Counted from the first letter of the stretch, positions 1 through 9,320 are shown. The stretch: 64,000 nt of DNA from Candidatus Cloacimonadales bacterium (GCA_963674825.1 OY771587.1:3776001-3840000), one strand, 5' to 3'. Translations and numbers: made by a program. Notes: generated by a model from the letters alone, not told the origin.

Positions 1-210
1 CATCGAGCCTTGACCAGTGAGCAACCAGTTCATGTTCACGGCATGCATTTCGCAAATACGAACCAGCGCATCAATGGATGGCTTGCTTTTTTTCTTGTCA
101 GAGAGCCAGTCCGAAAGGTTTCCGGTCGACACGCCGATAGACGACGCAAAATCCATCTTTTTCATTTCTAACGACTTAATTACAGCCGCCAATCTGTCTT
201 TTACTTCCAT
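1..210 (-). CDS. Phage cI/XRE-type HTH repressor, N-terminal part (runs off the window edge; not in the ORF track)
   Basis: Manual translation from ATG at 210 gives MEVKDRLAAVIKSLEMKKMDFASSIGVSTGNLSDWLSDKKKSKPSIDALVRICEMHAVNMNWLLTGQGSM. This is an XRE HTH ending in the typical 'WLLTGxGxM'. An AGGAG RBS precedes it, and it is divergent from the ner-A-B genes as in Mu. Confidence 0.85.
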   Translation of the reverse strand, partial: MEVKDRLAAVIKSLEMKKMDFASSIGVSTGNLSDWLSDKKKSKPSIDALVRICEMHAVNMNWLLTGQGSM

Positions 211-238
211 GCTTTCTCCTGCAATGACTTACAGTTTA

Positions 239-281
239 TGCGAGAAATCTGTTGACATTTCTCACGCAATTCTTCTTTAAT
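239..281 (+). promoter_or_regulatory. Putative early promoter/operator between repressor and ner-like gene
   Basis: TTGACA (252-257) and TTTAAT (276-281) with an 18-nt spacer. The -35 box lies inside the imperfect inverted repeat TGCGAGAAAT...ATTTCTCACGCA. Confidence 0.45.
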
Positions 282-353
282 GATGCATGAACTCGAAATT
301 GCACAAACACGAACCGATGTCAATGGAAAATTTTCAACGGAAGGGAGAACGGA

Positions 354-590
354 TTGAAAAAGCACACGCAAAACCAGTTCAAAGCAGCCATAAAGCTTAA
401 GGGAATCAGCATTTCCGAGATTTCGGAAACCATAGGAATTTCGATGCGGATGTTGGAATATTATATGAAGGGCGAGAAGAATATGCGAAAAGCAGATGCA
501 TTCCTCGAACTTCTCGAACCGGAATTGAGTCAGATTACTGGAGAAGCATATAGCATAAATGCGAGAGACGCGAGAAGGAGGATAGGATGA
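354..590 (+). CDS. Ner/Cro-like small HTH DNA-binding protein
   Basis: 78 aa with an HTH (KAAIKLKGISISEISETIGISMRMLEYY). It occupies the position of Mu ner, and its stop overlaps the transposase ATG (ATGA). Confidence 0.7.
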   Translation: MKKHTQNQFKAAIKLKGISISEISETIGISMRMLEYYMKGEKNMRKADAFLELLEPELSQITGEAYSINARDARRRIG

Positions 591-2569
591 CTTGGCTATC
601 GAGTAATGAATTGTGCGATATGTTGGATGTTACTCGACCTGGTCTGTATAAAATCGCAAAGAAGCAGGCATGGTCGACAAAACAAGTCAAGATGGAGCAC
701 GGAGGTCATAGGAAGCTCTATGAGGTGCCAGACGATTATCTCGTAGAAAAGACAGGTCAGGTAACGCCGTTTCCCACTCTCACGGAGTCATTGCCTGCTG
801 CGATTGACGACTCAATCCCTGATTTACGCCCCAAGATCGTTGTTCCGCTTGATCTGCAGAAACAAGCTGATCTGCGTGCAAGGCTATGCGAGTTGATTAT
901 CGAAGAGCTCGATGAGTCGGAATCGCGGACGGAGACGTGGAAGTCAATGACTGCGAGCTACAATGCTGGTGATTTGCTTCCTGAGTTGTTCAAGCTTGAA
1001 GGTAAGCATGGAGAGCGTACGCTTCGACGCTGGGTGAAGCAGTATGAAGCCGCGAGTAGGAGCAGCGAGGTGTTGATTCGAAGCCGTAAGCTTGGGCAGC
1101 CGGAACGAAACCTCACTGAGACGGAGAAGAATTTCCTGCTCCACCTGTTACTCAATCCGAATCGCGTCACCATCGGATCAGCCATCAGGAAGCTCAAACA
1201 GATGGAGGCACTCGATAGGTTCGAGTCACCCGCCAGCAAGATAACCCTCCGCCGCTGGTGCGAGGAGTGGCGCGACAGCCACAAGCCTGAGTGGAACTTG
1301 CTCCGCAATGGCAAGAAGAGCCTCAAAGAAACAGGCATTCTCAGTGTCCTTCGCAGTGACGAACTCGAGGTCGGCGACGTATGGGTTGCTGACGGCCACA
1401 AGCTCGCCTTCGACATCATCGATCCGGCTACCGGAAAACCCAGACGCATGACGATGATCATGTTCTTCGACTGGGCTTCCCGTTATCCGGTGGGAGCGTC
1501 GCTGGCGGTCTCGGAAGACTCACAGCATGTTCTTCTCGCACTTCGCAATTCGATCATGCACTGGGGTGGCAGGCCGAAATACGTCTATTTGGACAATGGC
1601 AAGGCCTTCCGCTCGAAGTTGTTCAACAAGCAGTGGGAGAAGCACGACTTGAGCAAGGAGCTGGAGGGTATCTTCCCGCGACTCGGCATCGGAGTGGCGT
1701 TCGCCAAGGCCTACAACGCGCGCGCCAAGGTAGTCGAGAGGTTCTTCAGAACGTTTCAGGACGATTTTGAGCGGTACATGACGACCTTCCGGGGCGGCTC
1801 CATCAATGACAAACCTGCGACGCTGAAGCGCAATGAGAAATGGGTCAGAAACATCTTCGCTGGCAAACCGCTGACCATCCCGCAGGCGAAGGCGATGATC
1901 GGACTCTACATCGAGAAGATGTACGGCCTGACACCCCATGGTGGACTCAACGGCGCGAAACCGGCCGAGGTTTTTCACAACGCCATCGTGCCTGACGACC
2001 AGAAAATTGATCCAGCAAGGCTCAACTTCCTAATGCTCGCGGCCACCGACCGTGTGGTGCAGGCATCGGGAGTCAGATTCAGCAACATCCACTTCTGGCA
2101 CGACGAGCTCATACAGCACATCGGCGACAAGGTCACGATACGTTACGACCTGATGGACATGCGCTCGGTGCTCGTTTACGACGCGAAAAACCGCTTCATT
2201 TGTCAGGCCGAAGCGCGACGACACCAGCATCCATTCATCCATCTCGCCAAGGACAAGCCGCAGGCACAGAAGGCCCTTCAGAAAGAGCTACAGGGCATTC
2301 GCAAGCTCGAGAAGAACGTGCAGGAATCGTCCGAGAAGATACTTCTGAAGGTCAACGAAGCCGTCGGCCAGATACAGCAACCGGCGACCGACCAGATCGG
2401 TGAAATCTTCGCCGACCAGCCGCTGATCGAGCAACCGGAACCGACGCTGACCATCGATGACATCGTCAGAGCGTCGGCGGAGACCGAGACCATTCAAGAA
2501 GAGCGAAAGTCTGGCGAGGATGACGAACCCAGCTTCGCAGAACTGATGAAAGCAATTGGAATAGGATAG
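587..2569 (+). CDS. MuA-like DDE transposase
   Basis: N-terminal HTH domains; catalytic motifs WVADGH, VYLDNGKAF and AKVVERFF; Mu-transposase C-terminal region (GVRFSNIHFW...KVTIRYDLMDMRSVLVYD). Confidence 0.92.
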   Translation: MTWLSSNELCDMLDVTRPGLYKIAKKQAWSTKQVKMEHGGHRKLYEVPDDYLVEKTGQVTPFPTLTESLPAAIDDSIPDLRPKIVVPLDLQKQADLRARLCELIIEELDESESRTETWKSMTASYNAGDLLPELFKLEGKHGERTLRRWVKQYEAASRSSEVLIRSRKLGQPERNLTETEKNFLLHLLLNPNRVTIGSAIRKLKQMEALDRFESPASKITLRRWCEEWRDSHKPEWNLLRNGKKSLKETGILSVLRSDELEVGDVWVADGHKLAFDIIDPATGKPRRMTMIMFFDWASRYPVGASLAVSEDSQHVLLALRNSIMHWGGRPKYVYLDNGKAFRSKLFNKQWEKHDLSKELEGIFPRLGIGVAFAKAYNARAKVVERFFRTFQDDFERYMTTFRGGSINDKPATLKRNEKWVRNIFAGKPLTIPQAKAMIGLYIEKMYGLTPHGGLNGAKPAEVFHNAIVPDDQKIDPARLNFLMLAATDRVVQASGVRFSNIHFWHDELIQHIGDKVTIRYDLMDMRSVLVYDAKNRFICQAEARRHQHPFIHLAKDKPQAQKALQKELQGIRKLEKNVQESSEKILLKVNEAVGQIQQPATDQIGEIFADQPLIEQPEPTLTIDDIVRASAETETIQEERKSGEDDEPSFAELMKAIGIG

Positions 2570-2581
2570 ACGGAGGAGAAC

Positions 2582-3316
2582 ATGAAGGAAAGGGTATTAG
2601 CAGAGACATCAAACGTTCGCGGGGCGAAGAAATGTATCGCCTACTTGCAGAGCAGACCCAAGACCGAGATGGTCGGACTGGGACTTCTGTATGGCGCGCC
2701 GGGACTGGGCAAGACCCGCTTCGCCAAGCGGCTTGCCTACGCCAACGACTACATCTACCTGCGACTCGAAGCGTCGATGACGGCCAAGGTGTTCGCGCGG
2801 GAGCTGCTGCGACTGATCAATTACCGCTTCGGTCACACGGACGATAACCTGCACGGCTCGACGAGTACGCTTCTGCGCAGGTGCATCAGCGTGTTGCACT
2901 CGTATCCGGAGGCGGTCATTGTCATCGACGAAATCGACTACGCCTTCAACCAGCCGATGCTACTCGGATCGATTCGAGACATCGTGGACGAGACGCTGGC
3001 CATTGTGGTGCTGGTCGGTATGAAGGATGCCCGTGAGAAACTGCTCAAGGCCAACGCGCACTACTTCGATCGGTGCAACTACTTCTACGAGTTCAAGAAG
3101 TTGTCACGAGAGGATGTCGATCTGGTCTGCAAAGCCGTCTCCGAGGTGAAGATGCGTCCCGACTTGGTGACGTACATCTACAAGACAACCCACGGCAACT
3201 TCCGCCAAATGATCAAGATCATCGAAGCTGTCGAGAAGGTGGCCGCATCCAAGAACCTGTCCGAGGTCGCGCTCAGCGATTTGCTCGAAACGCAGGAGCT
3301 AAAGAATGCGTCCTAA
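2582..3316 (+). CDS. MuB/TnsC-like AAA+ transposition ATPase
   Basis: Walker A GAPGLGKT, Walker B VIVIDEID, VLVGM and GNFR motifs; directly downstream of the transposase. Confidence 0.9.
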   Translation: MKERVLAETSNVRGAKKCIAYLQSRPKTEMVGLGLLYGAPGLGKTRFAKRLAYANDYIYLRLEASMTAKVFARELLRLINYRFGHTDDNLHGSTSTLLRRCISVLHSYPEAVIVIDEIDYAFNQPMLLGSIRDIVDETLAIVVLVGMKDAREKLLKANAHYFDRCNYFYEFKKLSREDVDLVCKAVSEVKMRPDLVTYIYKTTHGNFRQMIKIIEAVEKVAASKNLSEVALSDLLETQELKNAS

Positions 3317-3776
3317 CATCCCTGCGAAGCGAGTCATAGACCGTTTCGTCGAGTATCATAAGCGACCTTTCACCGTGAAGGACGTCGCCAACGATACCGG
3401 GCTGCACACGAAGACCGTCCGCAACCTGTTGCCTCAGTTGGTGCGGGAGGGACGAATCAAATTATTGCTGAAAGAGAAGGATGGGAATATCTACAGCAGA
3501 ATTGTTTCCCTCAATGACCGCGCGAGCAGGCCACAGTTTGACTGGAGACCCAAGCTGCGGATTTTGCGACAGGTCTACCGCCTCGTCGAGCGTCATGGCT
3601 ACTCCGAGAAAGTAGCTCGACGCAGTCATCTAAGCCGCGAGACCGTCTTTCGTTACCTGCGGATACTGCGCGCAGAAGGCTGCATCGTGAAAGACCCAGC
3701 AACAGGGATGAACAGGGCAGTGAAGTTCAATCCGGTGGTAAGGTGGTATAGTGAGTATGAGAAGACACAAACCTGA
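3306..3776 (+). CDS. Basic protein with two winged-HTH-like segments
   Basis: FTVKDVANDTGLHTKTVRNLLPQLVREGRI and SEKVARRSHLSRETVFRYLRILRAEGCI; overlaps the 3' end of the ATPase gene. Confidence 0.7.
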   Translation: MRPNIPAKRVIDRFVEYHKRPFTVKDVANDTGLHTKTVRNLLPQLVREGRIKLLLKEKDGNIYSRIVSLNDRASRPQFDWRPKLRILRQVYRLVERHGYSEKVARRSHLSRETVFRYLRILRAEGCIVKDPATGMNRAVKFNPVVRWYSEYEKTQT

Positions 3777-4002
3777 TGAGTTTTTCAACCAAATCAGTAT
3801 TATTGATCCTGCAGCTATTCCTTACCCAGCAAATCAAAGGCATGCAATAAACCGCTGGCCTAAGTACTCTTCAGCACATGAGCCATTGGTAATGTGCTGA
3901 TTATACTGAGCATGATTTCATCGATTGAGGATAATACTGTTCAACCATCTCAGTGTCGTTGTCTTCTAATCGCAAATGAATCCTGAAACCTTTCTATCAA
4001 AA

Positions 4003-4024
4003 CAGCCCCTCCGAAGAGAGGCTG
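4003..4024 (-). terminator. Intrinsic terminator-like hairpin
   Basis: On the minus strand: CAGCCTCTC-TTCG-GAGGGGCTG followed by TTTT. Confidence 0.5.
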
Positions 4025-4069
4025 AAAAGGTTTCCCTGTGGGGAGAGCCTGCGAAGCCAAAACTTCTTA

Positions 4070-4733
4070 GTATGTTAGGCATGCATTGCATGTAGGAGGT
4101 GTAAGTCCTCTACAGGCTCAAAGTGGCGAGAACTGCTAGTCAACGGCAAGGGCGTATCCGCGAGGATGGGTCTGAAGGAAGCCCGTGACAAAGTCCGGAC
4201 TCGACGAACAGGAACTGGATACAAGGCCGTGTAGGCAGGGGAACCGAGCTATGGATCGATAAGCCCGCAGCCACACGTAGCGCGATACGGTAAATCCAGC
4301 GAGGCCCGGACGAAGGATGCAATGCTTACCCTGGGAGGTCTCGTGCTCTCCCGTCGAGGTAACGGCGGTGGCGACATCGTCGGAAGGAGCATGAGAAGTC
4401 AGCCGAGGTCATAGTAGGCGCGACGCCGAAGGACCGAACCTAACGCCCAAGGAGCAGTCATGACAAATCAGCAAGGGAAGGAGCGGCAGCAAGAGCAGTT
4501 GGAGATAGACTTTTCTTCGACTGCCAGCCCCGACGCAACTGGAGAAAGCGTATCCGTATCTGGCGCGTACGAGGAGCAGCAATCCCCTTCGGCATGGGTC
4601 AAGCGACGAGCCTTGACGCAGAACTTGTTTTACTCGACAAGTTTGTATTGTTTAACCGCGAAAGGAACCGCCTTGGTACTGAGCAGGTATGCCAGGTGGT
4701 GTGAGAGGGGGAGAAACACTCCCCCTACTCGAT
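4070..4733 (+). ncRNA. Group II intron, class IIC-like, lacking almost all of its RT ORF
   Basis: 5' end GTATGTTAGGCATG...GGTGTAAGTCC, compared with the IIC pattern GTGCGCCCGGCATG...GGGTGAAAGTCCC. Also GGTCTGAAGGAAGCC, CTTACCCTGGGAGGTCT and GAGAAGTCAGCCGAGGTCATAGTAG. Domain V is GAACCGCC...GGTGGTGTGAGAGG and domain VI ends CCTACTCGAT. The 5' boundary is less certain than the 3' boundary. Confidence 0.85.
4460..4665 (+). pseudogene. Remnant of the intron-encoded protein (RT core deleted)
   Basis: AGGAG RBS and MTNQQ...KRRALTQNL in domain IV, running almost directly into domain V. No YADD or other RT motifs. Confidence 0.65.
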
Positions 4734-4879
4734 TTTTCTTGAATGCTGATCATATGGCAATCTAATCGCAATTTAGTTGTCATTTTCTAATGTTCCTGCC
4801 TGATCGACGCAAGATTATTCCAAGAACTGCATTGCGAAAGGAAGAATCGATGTTCGATACATTCAACAACGGTTTGCGA

Positions 4880-5574
4880 TCAAGCATCTCCAACTCACGC
4901 ACGACCCTTCGCCCGGGGATCGAAGTGTCGACCACCTGTAGCACGCATTCTCGGATGAAGTCGTCGATAACGTTGAGAATGCGAAATAGGCGTTCGTCTG
5001 CAAGATTGTCCATACAAAATCAAGAGACCAATGATGATCAGGGTGTTCGGCTTCCTGGAGCGGTTCGACGCAATGGTAGAGCTTGCGGTGCGGACGTTTG
5101 GGGATATGAAGCCCAGCCTTCGCGTAGAGCCGCTCCACGCGCTTGTTATTCACAGGCCCGACTGCCGCTCGTTTCTGCCGGGGCGTCACCATATTTCTTG
5201 AGAGCACGTCCTTCAATACTTCTACCTGCAAATCGCGCTCTGCCAAAAGCTTCTTCAAACGATGATTCTCGTCCTCAAGCTCAATGAGTCGCTCAGCCTC
5301 AGCCACCTCCAGACCGCCATACACGCTCTTCCAGCGATAGTACGTCTGACGGCGGATTCCTTTCTCGCGGCACAGCGTTTTCACATCAACACCGCCTTCC
5401 CCCTGCTTCAATATCCGGATGATCTGCGGAACCGTGTATCGCTTCTTCACAAAGCCTCCACGAATGACAGTGATGCAGTTAACTTCTCAAACCGTTTTAT
5501 GCAAGCAATAAACCGCATCCGATTACAACGTTCGTGTCACTTTCTGAATGGACTAGTTTGCGGGGGAAAGGTCA
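4880..5574 (-). mobile_element. Decayed IS3-family (IS407-group-like) insertion sequence
   Basis: Left IR TGACCTTTCCCCCGCAAACTAGTCC starts at 5574. OrfA is MKKRYTVPQIIRILKQGE...LCREKGIRRQTYYRWKSVYGGLEV...LEDENHRLKKLLAE. OrfB pieces are VNNKRVERLY, WSLDFV and FRILNVIDDFIREC, with an internal deletion, a frameshift and 3' truncation. No right IR seen. Confidence 0.85.
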
Positions 5575-5694
5575 GTAAAATCATGCCAAGCGATCTGTAC
5601 TTGATCCAAATGAATGCTGGCAAGAAGTCATATCTGCAAAAAGCGTTATTACTGAAGTAAGAAGGAATCATTATGGAGATTGTAGCCTTCGAAA

Positions 5695-5838
5695 GGAAGC
5701 TGTATGTGTGGAGCGGTGATAAGTAGAATCGAAGGAATTCAACCAGCCTGCTCGTCTTGGGCAAGCTTTATTTCTGCACAAAAACACCCATATAGTGCTA
5801 CAGGTTTGGCACTTTTTGCCAAATCGCGTATCACTTCA
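5695..5838 (+). repeat. Degenerate copy of the transposon-end segment (direct repeat of 34990-35197)
   Basis: GGAAGCTGTATGTGTGGAGCGGTGATAAGTAGAATCGAAGGAA...CAAAAACACCCATATAGTGC...TTTGGCACTTTTTGCCAAATCGCGTATCACTTCA aligns to the distal copy with a 63-bp internal deletion. Confidence 0.85.
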
Positions 5839-5927
5839 AAGCCAACTTCGTATGAAAAACGGGGGAATTTTTATGCTTGACATTATCGGGATTTTATCGG
5901 TGTATTATTTACTAGAAAGGAGTGCTT

Positions 5928-8639
5928 ATGGTAAAAAAGGCAGCATGGTTCACAATCGTTTTGTTTAGCACAATATATATGTGGAGCGTCGATCTGAAGC
6001 AGGCTGAAGATATCTACGAATCTGCAAAGACACTTGAAAAGAATCACAACGTGGAGGAAGCGCGCGATCAATACGATAAAGCGCTGGAGATGTTCCGCGA
6101 ACTTGGCGCGGAGAAGCAAATCAGCAACGCGACTTACAAACTCGGTAGCATCGCGATGTGGCGCGGAGACTTTAAGAACGCGGAAAAAGATCTGCGGGAA
6201 TCGTTAACGATCAAGCAACAACTCGGCTTTACCCGTTCTGCCGCGGTGATTGAAAACCGCCTTGCATATGTCCTTGCACGCAGGAGTGAATTTGCCGATG
6301 CAGAACAGTATGCGCAATCGGCTTTGAGATATCGCGAAACCGAGGGTGATTCACTTGGAGTCAGCGGGGTGTTGAATACGCTTGGCGTTATCTATATCGA
6401 GCAATCGGCATTTCCAAAAGCCGAAAATGTCATCAAGCGAGCTCTTGCCATCCTCAAAACAAATCCGCAACCCAAGCTTGAAAAAGATATAACAGTCACG
6501 ATGGGTCTTCTGGAATATTCCCGTGGAAATTACGGGGAGGCCATGAAATACTACAAGCGAGCCGAAGAAATGTCGTATCCCTACGAATCGCAACTGACAA
6601 TCGCTGAAATACAGAACAACCTCGGCACGATTTACAATGCCTACCATAAAGCAGACGATGCAAAAGTCTATTATCGGGATGCTCTGAAAATGGCGATGGA
6701 GTTGCAGAATAAGGACCTGGAGTCGAGGGTACTGAACAACCTGGCAGGGCTGCATCTGGAACAACAACAATACGACGATGCCCTCGACAAATATCAACGT
6801 TCGCTGGAGATCAAACGATCGATCGGTAATAAACGCGGACAGATCACGACCCTTAAGAACATCGGGAATGTTTATATGGAGATGGGCAATTCCGAGAAAG
6901 CGAGAGAATTCTATCAGAAAGCCCTGGACGAGAATGATCCGCTGGGCTTCCTGAGTGAAGAATCCCGGATATACTTCGAACTCGCCAATCTCGACTTCAC
7001 CTTTCAACGCTATGAGTCCGCAACACTTCATCTGGAAGAAAGTATCTCCATCGCGGAGCGACTGAATAATCTCGATCAGTTATCGCAAAATTTTCACTTA
7101 CTGGCAAGAATACAGATTGCAACAGGGAAGCCGGAGGAGGCCGAGAAATCGCTGAAGGAAGCGATCGAGAACATCGAGCAGATTCGATCCAGTATCAGCG
7201 TCGAGGAGCATCGTTCTGCGTTCATATCGAAAGCGCTGGATATCTATCGAGACCTTATCCAGTTTTACGTCGAGAAGAACGAAAACCTGAATGCATATAC
7301 ATACTATGAACGGATGAAAGCACGCAATTTGCTGGATATCATCGAAGGGGCTTTCCTTGTATTCGACGAAGACCTCTCTCCCGAGGAAATCGAGCATCAG
7401 CAAAAGGTGGAAGCCGAGTTGAGAAATGTCACCCGCGAGATCAGCTTTTATGCCCTTTCCGAAAAACCAACCCGTGATCTCGATTCACTGGTGATACAGC
7501 AGCGCAACCTGAAACGGGCGGTGTCCAACTTCAAATCGACCCTGTTTCTGAATCATCCCGATTTGCAGCAGGAGATGGGCGAAGGAGAACCGATCGACGC
7601 TCGGGAAGCGCTTCATTTGCTGAACAGCACAGAAGCTGCTTTGGCATACATGGTCGTGGAGAAAAGAATCTACTGTTTTGTCATGCGCAATCTGGGGCGA
7701 CGAAAGCAAACGATCAAGGTTATTGAGATCGAGCTTTCGCGAGAGCAACTCGACGATGCGGTTCGATTGCTAACCACGCAATGGAAAAATGCCAGCTTCA
7801 AAGACTTGTACGGCAAGCTGATCGAGCCGGTCACGCCCGAACTCGAGGGAGTCGAGCAGCTTTGCATCATCCCGGATCGCACGTTGAATCTGGTGCCCTT
7901 CCAGGCGTTGAAATCACCCGAGACAAACGAGTATCTCATCGACAAGTACACTGTCTATTATGCACCGTCGATGAGCGTCCTGCAGCAGTTACGCACGATC
8001 GGCACCAAAGGAAAGGAACAAGTGCTTGCCTTCGGGAATCCCTATCTTGGCGAAGCAGGTGTTTTTACCATCGAGGGAAGCTTGTCCGAACTCCCAGCAA
8101 CCGAGGACGAGGTTAAGGCAATCCAATCGATCTACCAGACGAAATCGAAAGTTTTTCTGCGTGAGCAGGCGAGCGAAGAGAATTTCAACGCCAATTACGA
8201 TCAATACGGTGTTCTCCACTTCGCCTCTCATGGCGTTCTCGATGAGGTCAATCCCATGTTTTCCTCGATCGTACTGACGATCGACGAGCATAACGATGGC
8301 TTCCTGACCGCGCGAGAGATATTGAAGAAGGAGATGAATTCGGACCTGGTGATCCTCAGTGCATGCAACACTGCGAAAGGCGATTATTCCGAAGGAGAAG
8401 GTCTGTTGGGATTATCGCGAGCGTTTTTTGGCGCGCTGGTGCCATCGGTGGTCGCATCGCTGTGGAGTGTTGACGACCAATCGACCCGACTCTTGATGGA
8501 GAATTTTTATCGCTATCTCAAGGATGGCGTAAGACCTGCCAGAGCGCTTCGGCAGGCACAACTGGATTTGAAGAATCAAAAACAATACAGCAATCCCTAT
8601 TTCTGGGCGCCTTTTATCTTGATTGGCGATACGGAGTAA
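5928..8639 (+). CDS. Exported TPR-repeat plus CHAT (caspase-like, clan CD) protease
   Basis: Signal peptide (MVKKAAWFTIVLFSTIYMWS), many TPRs (SRVLNNLAGLH, TTLKNIGNVY), YERMKARNL, IIPDRTLNLVPFQAL, catalytic His (LHFASHG) and Cys (LVILSACNT), ASLWSVDD and PYFWAPFILIG. Start placed at ATG 5928 after AAGGAG. Confidence 0.93.
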   Translation: MVKKAAWFTIVLFSTIYMWSVDLKQAEDIYESAKTLEKNHNVEEARDQYDKALEMFRELGAEKQISNATYKLGSIAMWRGDFKNAEKDLRESLTIKQQLGFTRSAAVIENRLAYVLARRSEFADAEQYAQSALRYRETEGDSLGVSGVLNTLGVIYIEQSAFPKAENVIKRALAILKTNPQPKLEKDITVTMGLLEYSRGNYGEAMKYYKRAEEMSYPYESQLTIAEIQNNLGTIYNAYHKADDAKVYYRDALKMAMELQNKDLESRVLNNLAGLHLEQQQYDDALDKYQRSLEIKRSIGNKRGQITTLKNIGNVYMEMGNSEKAREFYQKALDENDPLGFLSEESRIYFELANLDFTFQRYESATLHLEESISIAERLNNLDQLSQNFHLLARIQIATGKPEEAEKSLKEAIENIEQIRSSISVEEHRSAFISKALDIYRDLIQFYVEKNENLNAYTYYERMKARNLLDIIEGAFLVFDEDLSPEEIEHQQKVEAELRNVTREISFYALSEKPTRDLDSLVIQQRNLKRAVSNFKSTLFLNHPDLQQEMGEGEPIDAREALHLLNSTEAALAYMVVEKRIYCFVMRNLGRRKQTIKVIEIELSREQLDDAVRLLTTQWKNASFKDLYGKLIEPVTPELEGVEQLCIIPDRTLNLVPFQALKSPETNEYLIDKYTVYYAPSMSVLQQLRTIGTKGKEQVLAFGNPYLGEAGVFTIEGSLSELPATEDEVKAIQSIYQTKSKVFLREQASEENFNANYDQYGVLHFASHGVLDEVNPMFSSIVLTIDEHNDGFLTAREILKKEMNSDLVILSACNTAKGDYSEGEGLLGLSRAFFGALVPSVVASLWSVDDQSTRLLMENFYRYLKDGVRPARALRQAQLDLKNQKQYSNPYFWAPFILIGDTE

Positions 8640-8651
8640 ACTGGAGGAGAT

Positions 8652-9305
8652 ATGAAACACGTTCTTTTGCTCATTCTCTTGATCAGTCTGGCAACTTCTC
8701 TTGCTGCCACAGATATGACCGGATTTCGATATGGGATGGTCAAGCAATCGGTTGACGACGAGGACGAAATCACCATCGTCGAAGATACCACGCAACTCAA
8801 GATTGGCGACCGTGTTCGCCTCAATGTCGAATTCCCTAACGGTGATTTCTTCTATGCGATCAGCTATAACGCGAACCGTGCCAGCCTGATGTATTCATCA
8901 CATTCTCAAGATAATCAGGCGGAAGCAGACTCCATTTTCACAACGTTACCCTGGATTGAAATCAATGATATGAACATCCAGGACAGGTACGTCCTGATGT
9001 CCTCGAGAACCTCCCAGACAAAGCTGGTTGAGCTGTTTCAACAGTATCAGTCCGTCAGCGGTAAGGTGAAGGATAAATTCTTCAGGAAGATCATCGCGCA
9101 TCTCGATGATATTCGCACAGGCAGGGAATATCCCGAATACAAGCAGATGCCGGTAATAAGGCTCGAGCGCCCCGTAATCGGAGGTGTTACGTTCCGTGGA
9201 AAGATGAATTTCGTTCTCGTTGAGCAGAGTCTTACGCATAGCTGTTCCGGCGAGGAAGTCGCGGTTGCGGAGATCCATCTGAAAGAACCGGAAACCGGCC
9301 AATAG
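8652..9305 (+). CDS. Exported protein, DUF4384-like
   Basis: Signal peptide; 'TQLKIGDRVRLNVE...FFYAI' resembles the start of DUF4384; GGAGG RBS. The family call is tentative. Confidence 0.55.
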   Translation: MKHVLLLILLISLATSLAATDMTGFRYGMVKQSVDDEDEITIVEDTTQLKIGDRVRLNVEFPNGDFFYAISYNANRASLMYSSHSQDNQAEADSIFTTLPWIEINDMNIQDRYVLMSSRTSQTKLVELFQQYQSVSGKVKDKFFRKIIAHLDDIRTGREYPEYKQMPVIRLERPVIGGVTFRGKMNFVLVEQSLTHSCSGEEVAVAEIHLKEPETGQ

Positions 9306-9320
9306 ACAGGCGTAGGCGAT

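Noticed and set aside
17..280. Plus-strand 87-aa ORF from the track
   Set aside because: It is the shadow of the minus-strand repressor (1-210), which has an RBS and a recognisable HTH.
587..3776. CRISPR-associated or Tn7-like transposon
   Set aside because: No TnsA, TniQ/TnsD, cas genes or array; the layout (repressor-ner-A-B) is Mu-like.
4460..4765. 101-aa functional protein
   Set aside because: It is the deleted intron ORF reading through RNA domains V-VI.
3844..5515. 12-bp match GCAATAAACCGC near 3844 and 5505 as a target duplication or att site
   Set aside because: The second copy lies inside the IS3 left end region, and the match does not coincide with any element boundary; probably chance.
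5877..5908. Sigma70 promoter for the CHAT operon (also TTGACA at 20901 before giant gene B)
   Set aside because: TTGACA is present, but the best -10 candidates are at 19-20 nt spacing, too weak to call.
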